Positions 55,903 through 64,000 of a stretch of 64,000 nt of DNA are shown piece by piece. Under the pieces are notes generated by a model. The model saw only the letters and a list, made by a program, of their open reading frames with translations, was not told where the DNA came from and searched no databases. This DNA comes from Eledone cirrhosa (Eukaryota). The position numbers and the translations under genes are program-made. The number at the start of each line of letters is the position of its first letter. Within the stretch, counting starts at the first letter, position 1. The DNA is taken from positions 297,538,001 to 297,602,000 of the forward strand of contig OZ024743.1 of assembly GCA_964016885.1 (NCBI GenBank). The letters run 5' to 3'.

Positions 55903-57586
55903 TAATGGAAAAATTTGAACAGGAACAAAACAGAGAGGCAGTACAACGAATGTTTATTAATTTCACGGTCTGGAAAGTGGGGTGGTGGTGGGGAACGACG
56001 TTTCGGGCATAAGCTCTTCCTCAGGTGAGAAGTGTGTGGGAACAGAGTTCAAAGGGTGTGTAGGGGAGTGGTGGAGAGACATATAGCGAAAGGAAACGGT
56101 GCGAATGAAATTAAAAATAAAAATAAAAATAAAGCATGATCAAAATACAAGGAATGAAATAAAATTAAATATAAAAGCATGATCAAAATAAACTGAAATT
56201 AAAAGGGGGGTAAAACAGGTGGTGGAAGGGTGTGGGGTATGTAGGGGTGGTGGTGGGTGGAGTGGGGAGAGGGAGACGGGATGTCCGAGCGGGGAGGGCT
56301 GAAGGTGGTGTGTGTGTGTAGGTGTACGTATGTGTGTGTGTGTGTATGTGAAAGTAAGGGTTGGGGGAAGAACGGGGTTGCATGTTCAGGAAGAGGTGTG
56401 TGTGTGGGGGGGTTGTAGGTCGGAGTGTCTGTGCGTGTGTGGATAGAGGGGTGGGGGGAGAGGAATTAGGAGGCTGAGGGTGTAAATATGTGGTGGAAAG
56501 CACGTGTGTGTGGGGTTTAAGCGTGTTGTGGGTGTAGGTGGCGTGTGGAGAAAAAAAAAATTTTTTGGGGTGTGTGGGTGAGTTATATAGGTGATTCCGT
56601 AAGAGGATGGTTGAAAAGTTGGTAAAATCCTATGATGTTTAGTGGATTCTGTGGTGGTCAAGTTCCACATACGAGTATTCTATGAAGAGATGGTCGGAAG
56701 AGGAGAGATGTGGGGTGCGCGCGCAACAGGAAGTGGTCAAGCAGTGAGAGTGCTGTGTGTCTGTTTGTGCTGGGAGGTGGTCAGAGGGCATAGCAGCAGT
56801 CGGTGGAATGGTAAAGGGGCGAGGGTGGGTAGGTGTGAAAGTTGGAGTGAGGAGGGTGTGTGTGTGTATTAGTAGAGGTGTTAGTGGGATGAGTGAGTGT
56901 GGAGCGAGGGTGTGGGTGGAGCGGGGAGAGAAGGGTGTGTGTAGTTCTATGGAGGGAGTGTGGTGTACTGGTGTGTGTGTAGTTTGATGAAGCGGTGTTA
57001 GTGGGTGTTAGTATACGGGAGGTGGGGAAGGGTTGAATGGAGGTGTGGGGGTGAGAGGTGTGGGGGTGAGGGTTAGTGGTGGTACTAGGGTGTGTGTTTA
57101 GTGTGAGCGCGTGTATATATGTGCCGGTGGGTGTGTGCGTGTGATAAGGAGGTGGAGGAGGAGGAGAAGAAGGGAGGGATGTTAGTATGTTAGTTGGGGA
57201 AGGGTGGTCGGATGAGGGGTGGAGTGGAGGTGTTAGTATTGTTAGTTGTGGGGTGGGCGGTGAAAAGGAGGGGTGTGTTAGTGGTGTTAGTGGGGGATAA
57301 GTGTGGGGGGAGGGGGGCGGTCGAAGGCTAAAGGAATAAGGGTGGGGAGTTCAGGCCGGGGGAGTGTGGTTCTGTAAGATGAAGATAGTTCTTTGTTCGA
57401 CTCTAAGGCGATTGGCGGGTGTTCCGTGGCATTGGAGTAGGCCACAGACTGTGAGATGGCGTGCGGAATGTCCAGGGCCACCAAAGTGGCGGGCGATATA
57501 TATATATATATATATATATATAATGGAAAAATTTGAACAGGGACAAAACAGAGAGGCAGTACAACGAATGTTTATTAATTTCACGC
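55903..57586 (-). mobile_element. 3' part of a Penelope-like (Neptune-type) element with partial-tandem pLTR
   Basis: A ~65-bp direct repeat at 55903 and 57521, each next to (TA)n. GIY-YIG C-terminus IARHF..H..LTVCGL..RLRVEQRTIFIL..P/GLN (frameshift) at 57345-57497. Minimal hammerhead CTGAGGA agagcttatgccc GAAA cg TC at ~55995-56027, then AATAAA. Confidence 0.8.
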
Positions 57587-57693
57587 TCTATATATATATA
57601 AATATATATAAGTTATTGCGGGTTGAATCGGAGGTAACCACTGTAAGTAACCTACTCAATACATAGCAGAGTATAAAAGTTTTGATATAGAAG

Positions 57694-57744
57694 AGCTTCT
57701 ACAGGACTAGAACTGTTTCGTTCGTGAGAAATCATCAGGAAGCT
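57694..57744 (-). ncRNA. Type I hammerhead ribozyme with full stem III (family C)
   Basis: Minus strand: agcttc CTGATGA t-ttc-tcac-gaa-c GAAA cag-ttctagtc-ctg TA gaagct. Flank 57615-57725 is homologous to 63210-63322. Confidence 0.75.
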
Positions 57745-58534
57745 GGCTGTCCAAATAAGTGGTAGTATTTATATCTTTCCTTTTCTGGTGGTAGGAGAGG
57801 GTAGGGGTTGGGATGGGTGGAGGTCATTGGTTGAAGGATTTAAAGAAAAGGGAGTTCATTAAAAGCTAATTCTTTAAAGCTATAATATTAACAAAGGCCG
57901 AAAAAATATTGTAAACAAATTCAAAATTGGAATACCAATCCTTGTTTATCACTTAGACTAACAATGCCTGTACGACAGGTGTCTACAAGATGGGTGGGGT
58001 TCAATGGTTTAAAGAAAAGGGAAATTCTTTAGAAGCTAATTCTTTAAGGCTGAAATAAGGTTGACAAAGGCAGAAAGGGTTCCTTCAACAGATTATGTGA
58101 ATTGATTGGATGTCCTATTAGATAGAGCATTTGAAAACAACGGTTTTTTCTCTATCCCCCTCTATTTGATGTTCCTTTATTTCTCTTTATTTTCTTTACC
58201 CCCCTATGTCCCCTTTACTTTCCTCACACCTTCCCTCTTTTGTCGTCATTCCTTTTTTCTTTTTTATATATTTCTTTTACTCATTCATCCTTTTATTTTT
58301 TACTCATTTATCTATTTATGTATGTATTTATGTATGTATTTATTTATTTTTTCTTGCCTTCCCTCTTATTTACACCCTCTCTCATATCTCTAGTTTGTTG
58401 TACGTCCTTTTCTTCTTTAAGTTTATCATATTATTTGTGGTATATAAACATTGAGATTTGATGAAATAAATCACTGCCAATACTGGAATTGTATAATCAA
58501 GACCGTAGCGGTATGTCATATATCAAATCATATA

Positions 58535-58596
58535 TTTTATCTGATGAAGACGTACTGAAAAAACAACACAGTACCTTTGAAATATATATAATAAAG
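58535..58596 (+). ncRNA. Type I hammerhead ribozyme motif
   Basis: ttttat CTGATGA agacgtactg..cagtaccttt GAAA tatata TA ataaag, with palindromic stem III. Confidence 0.7.
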
Positions 58597-58643
58597 CATA
58601 TATTTTGATTATGTGAATATCTTTCATTTGTTAATATTTTGAA

Positions 58644-58681
<38 letters not shown>

Positions 58682-58698
58682 TATATATATATATATAG

Positions 58699-58731
<33 letters not shown>

Positions 58732-59733
58732 GGCAATATCTAATTGTCTGGCTCATTATTACTGTAAATATATATATGTCTGTGTGTATGTATATACGTC
58801 TGTATGCATGCAGCGTACACACACGTTTAAGTGCGGATGCCGTCTACAGAATCTCCAACCTAACTACTGCACCAAATGTAAGTGTGTATGAATGCAGGCA
58901 TAGACTTCTATATAACCACAAGTATACATCCAAATTTAAAATGAAGGAGAGAAATAACAGTTATCAACATATATGTATATAATTAGAAAGGTTGAAAATA
59001 TTTCGTTTTCTATCAGAATGGTCGAAGTTACAAGAAAGATAAAAGAGAAGAGTTATTTTTAAAGTGGTAATTATTGTTCTTCCAGACATCTATCTTTTTC
59101 TTTTTGTTCTGTTTCATCCAAATTTAAGAATTTTATTTCAATGCATTAGAAACATCTGGACAACAATATGGATGTATGTAACTGTCCCCTCTATTGCAAG
59201 CATTCAAATCAGATATTCGTTTCGAGAATACCTACCCTCCTTCTCCTTACCCTCAATCTTGAAAGTCCTGAAATGTGGCAGTGCCACCCCCACCATTGAT
59301 TGAACAGTTAAAAATTTCGCTATATGTATTTAAACCCCCCCCCCCCCACACACACACACACACTTGCATAACTAACAAACTAAATAGTTAAATAGATAAC
59401 TAAAAAAAATACATATTAAAAATCGACCACCTATTTAAAAGTCTACCCTATACAACAATATGTCCATTGAAAGCTATATATCATATTCCGCCTAGAAATT
59501 CACGTATTACTGTTAATTCTTCATTACATGCCTCCCACACATTGCCTTTTCATTATCAATCTACCCACATTCATACGTCTATTTTGATTCAATTTTTTTC
59601 TTTATTTGTACATTCACAATTACTCACAATGAACACATTGAACAGAAGAGAGGTGGGGTTGTGACTCAAGGTTCGTTGACACCTTTTACCAAAGAGAAAT
59701 TCTGCTAAAAAGACTTTCACTTTTCTTACAAAC

Positions 59734-59771
<38 letters not shown>

Positions 59772-60040
59772 TTTTCAATTGATGGTCTGTTAATATAACT
59801 CATATATTTCCGCTTTTATATATCTTAACGAATTCATGGCAGTCTGCAACACTCATTCACATTTCAATGCGTTTAGTTTGTCTCTGATTGAAAACAAAGC
59901 GGTATTGTCCTAAAACTGAATCCTAGAGTGTTAAAATACAAGTTAACTGCCCAATCTGAAATAGTACTTAAACCCTAAGGCTGACTGTTTTAACAACAAT
60001 AGCAAAAGCAGCAATACTAACATCAGCTAGAAATTTAAGG

Positions 60041-60230
60041 GTTTCTGATTTAGGCACAAGGCCAACAATTTTAGAGGAGGGGAAAATCGATTCAATCTAC
60101 CCCAGTGCACAACTGGTGTTTTATTTTATGAACCCGGTAAGGATGAAAGGCAAAGCCAGCCTAGGCGGGATTCAAACTCAGACCGTAAAGGGCCGTAACT
60201 CTATGCTTCAAAGCGCCGACAATCCGCCAC
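60041..60230 (-). mobile_element. tRNA-derived SINE
   Basis: GTTTCTGATTTAGGCACAAGGCC..CCCCAGTGCACAACTGG..GGATGAAAGGCAAAG..GGCGGGATTCAAACTCAGA. Confidence 0.8.
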
Positions 60231-61220
60231 CTTCATCAGTTACAACATTAATAGGACGCGACAATAACAATGGTGATAAAATTATGTTGTCAACATTACC
60301 TTACACCAATAAGCGAGCCAGATTCTACCCCTCCCCCCAAAAAAACAACAACAACAACAGACAAATAAAAGGCTTTACTTTCACAAATTCTAGTGCGTAT
60401 TTGATAATTCAGCCCCAGCTAAGATGGCCTGTCTACATATCTTTTTGACGACCTGCTAGAAATAGCAGCCAAATATCTCTCAAATCTCACATGAGAGTGG
60501 TCATGACTGGGACGTCTTTGGATATAAGTCTGCTATACAATACCAAATAGCAGCTAAAATATCTGGCATTAACAGATAAATTCTATTTTGTGTCGGTCAT
60601 AGTTGAAATCACCGATGTCCGCGGTGCTCGGACTGCCGTTTTCCTTTGTTGGTAGATTTCTATTTCCTCCCTTATTAATGAAAGACATCTTAAGCATACA
60701 AGCTATACGTAATTTAGTCTGTAGATAGTAAGCCAATGAGAATATGTGACATTCAATTGAATTAGCAATAAAATTTGCAGAGGCAACATTTGGAAATATT
60801 TCTCTTCAAGAGAGAATATTTTCTATTTGAAGACTAGACTTTAAAATGGTCTGTCAAATGCGAGTATGAGCAGAATAGTAGTGTCTTTGTGTTGGTTATC
60901 AGATTTACCCTTTTTCTCTACCTAAAAAGTAGAATAATAGTGGCAACTGTGCGGGTTAACAGATCTACCCTTTCTCTCTACCTAAAAAGCTTAATAAAAA
61001 AAAAACATCACACTGTAAATTGATTTATATTAACTTGGCTGCAAGTAGAGCTAAACGTTTGTTCCCGGATTTCATATGACTCCCTATTCATTATAAAAGC
61101 TACAAGACGTTTATTTTTTTTTTACCAGACTTAATTTTTCCGAAAAGCACAGAAGGCTTTTTCTTTACAGATATAGGAATATATGCCATTAATATTTATT
61201 GCGTTATCATAATTTTAAAA

Positions 61221-61421
61221 TACGAGGATCGGCTGAAATTTTCATAGGCTGACTATGCAGGAGTGATATTAGAGCAGTGAAATCTTGCATGCATTAATTT
61301 CTACTCTTCTTATTGATAACTACATTATTTCTTTCCAGGGACTATGTGAAAAATAATCCTCATTTGGTCATTCCATGTGAGTGTCTTGGTCAGCCTATGA
61401 ACATTTTCGCCGACCCTCGTA
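61221..61421. mobile_element. Mariner-type MITE with ~30-bp TIRs and TA duplication
   Basis: TA-CGAGGATCGGCTGAAATTTTCATAGGCTGAC ... GTCAGCCTATGAACATTTTCGCCGACCCTCG-TA. Confidence 0.85.
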
Positions 61422-62306
61422 GCGTATTAAACATTCTCATCACATCTCAAATAACAAATTATTTATTTATTTATTTTGAAATCTTTCTTCAGTTTCATTG
61501 AAAACATATGACAGAATCTCAGAAGTGATTAATTTAAAAGTCACAAAGCATTTTGTTGGAATTGATTATTATTTCAACATGGCTTGTTGACTACTTTGAT
61601 CCACTTTGATCGGGGCTACAGCATGAACATAGCTCCCTTTCTGAAACTAGTAAAAAGAATAGCAATATCCCCCCAAAGTAATTAATGTTAAGTTTCAATA
61701 GTTCTATATATAGAGTCGAAGGAAAAATCCATATGTTTCCTTCGACTATTGAAAAAGTGTGAGCTACTTGGGAAAGAAGAATTGGGAGCAGTGTTTCGCA
61801 TTGATAACTTAATTGTAAGATACAGCAGAGATAATGAAAGAGGAAGCGATAGGTCGAATTACGTCAGGTGGTAAGAAATTGGTAAATTTGGAGAAATAAT
61901 GTAAATGAACCTTCGTCGGTTTCAGTAATAATCGTTCAATCAATGGAAGAGGCTACGCGCAAAATTAACATGTAATTATTGAATATTCCACTAACACGTG
62001 TAACTTTAACTTAATTTGCAGGGGAATTCAGTGCGACACAGTGTGTGAAAAGGCTGACCTTGTTTTGGTAATTAAATATCCACATATTTTCCGTTTACCC
62101 AAATTTACTCACAAGTCTCGAATAAACAACAAACGTCAATCGCGTAAGATGTTACGGATTGGGATCGAATCCGATATCAAACTAAATTCTTAATTATTTG
62201 ACCATGCTGCATTGAGGAGGAGACGCATGCATGCATGGCCTGGTAACTTCTGAGAGAGTTGTAGGGGTGCTGTAGTGACATACGAAGTTTCTAGGACATT
62301 TTTTAA

Positions 62307-62594
62307 AACCATCGTCGCCTTTTTGTTCAACACTGACACAGGAACGATGTACTAGTTTCAAGCTTATTAGCTATCGTCAGCATCGTATACCTTCCTGTCA
62401 GATGATTGAACGTTTGAAAGTATATACTTTCCTTATACATATTAGCTAATAAGCTTGAAACTAGTACATCGTTCCTGTGTCAGTGTTGAACAAAAAGGCG
62501 ACGATGGTTGCCGAACACTGTACGGCTTAATTCGGGATGTTTGTTTACAAACAAACCGAACATTATAATAAATGTTCAGTAAACCCATACGTGC

Positions 62595-62625
<31 letters not shown>

Positions 62626-63110
62626 TGTATGTATATATATACATACTACTGTACGTCTGTATACATATATGTATGTACGTGTACATACTTACATTTAAGT
62701 ATCAGCCGTAATAAGAGAAATGAAATTTCGTTTCATTCTTTTCCGTTTATCGTTTTGGGTGCACCCGGCCGACTAACTCACTCGATATGCAAATTAGGCT
62801 GCTCAGCCGTTAATATGCATAAGGAAAGTATATACTTTCAAACGTTCAATCATCTGACAGGAAGGTATACGATGCTGACAATAGCTAATAAGCTTGAAAC
62901 TAGTACATCGTTCCTTTGTCAGTGTTGACCAAAAAGGCGACGATGGTTGCCGAACACTGTACGGCGTAATTCGGGATGTTTGTTTACAAACAAACCGAAC
63001 ATTCTAATAAATGTTCGGTAAACCCATACGTGCATATATATATATATATACATGCTACTGTACGTCTGTATACATATATGTATGTACGTATACATACTTA
63101 CATTTACATA
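62307..63110. mobile_element. Family A element: inverted segment plus ~1.5 tandem units (unit ~439 bp)
   Basis: 62307-62373 pairs with 62443-62509. AGCTAATAAGCTTGAAACTAGTACATCG occurs at 62444 and 62883. The plus-strand hammerhead at 62869-62911 has CTGACAA (core mutation). Confidence 0.88.
62344..62386 (-). ncRNA. Type I hammerhead ribozyme (family A), intact core
   Basis: Minus strand: acgatg CTGACGA tagctaataagctt GAAA ctag TA catcgt. Stem I is a perfect 6 bp and stem III is the palindrome CTAG. Confidence 0.82.
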
Positions 63111-63127
63111 CATATATATATATATAC

Positions 63128-63203
<76 letters not shown>

Positions 63204-63209
63204 GTGAGT

Positions 63210-63384
63210 GCCGGGTTCGATCAAAGGTAACGACAGTAAGTAAGGTACTCAATACATTAGTAGAGTGTAAGCATAAAATCTAATATAGAAATGGTTTCTA
63301 CAGGACTAGAACTGTTTCATTCGAAGAACATAACCAAGAATGAAATAGTTCTAGTCCTGTAGAAGCCATTTCTATATTAAATTT
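63210..63384. mobile_element. Family C fragment folded back as a hairpin (arms 63276-63322 and 63338-63384)
   Basis: Homologous to 57615-57725. The inversion point lies in hammerhead stem II, and the spacer is 15 nt. Confidence 0.75.
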
Positions 63385-64000
63385 GTTATATATATATATA
63401 TATATATAGATATAGATATAGATTACAGTTATTAACTTCAACTCACAAGAGTTGCTACTGACGGTTTCCAATTGAGCATTTAGCTTATATTGTGAATTTG
63501 CACATGCGCACGCATAGTTTTCTTTCAGGCAATAAATATATATAAGGTAGCTTTAATAATAGTATTGCCAACCAACTTCTACCACTGGCTAACCAGTGCC
63601 ACATTTCTATGTTTCGGAATTCTTCACACCAAACTTGAATCATACCAAAAAGAAGAAATCGCAGCACTCCTGTGCTCTTGGAGTCCGCTTGCATTACCAC
63701 CGATAATCCGACTGGATAAAAATAATAATAAAATCTTATGCAACAAGAAAACGAATTTAAAGTATTTACTATAGGACCACATAAATATCCAGTCAGAATA
63801 ACGGGGGAATTATACAAATAGCTATGAAACATGAACAAAACAAAAGAAAGCTAAGAAATTATATTCTAAGAAGCCAACATAACAAAACGGAGATTGAAAT
63901 GAGAAATAATTATGAAGAAAAGTGAGAAACAACGACAAAAATTGTTGAAAAAAACCCCTGAAATATAAGAACCTAAATTTCTTTTTAAAAACAGTAAATG

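Noticed and set aside
60901-60990. 29-bp direct repeat spaced 60 bp apart
   Set aside because: Only two copies; an ordinary local duplication.

Overview
Eukaryotic, AT- and microsatellite-rich DNA with no recognisable host gene. The SINE and repeat content resembles an octopus or other mollusc genome (inference, not tested). Bases 1-30274 are one tandem array of a 34-bp monomer (GAGTTAGGAGAGGAGATACCAGTGACGTATGTAA, roughly 890 copies) with nested higher-order duplications. The array ends in a perfect hairpin and is followed by a triplicated E2F/E-box/CCAAT promoter-like block and a frameshifted Penelope-type GIY-YIG endonuclease. The remaining 34 kb consists mostly of transposon remnants: three Penelope-like GIY-YIG remnants; about 15 type I hammerhead-ribozyme motifs, found by eye, in several small non-coding families, two of which are circularly permuted ~400-470 bp retrozyme-like units carrying octamer motifs; R4/Dong-like LINEs inserted in (TAA)n and (TACA)n; a Tx1-like L1-clade LINE; an RTE fragment; tRNA-derived SINEs; and mariner-type MITEs. 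Most short ORFs in the supplied track are microsatellite artefacts. All alignments and folds were done by eye and no database search was run.
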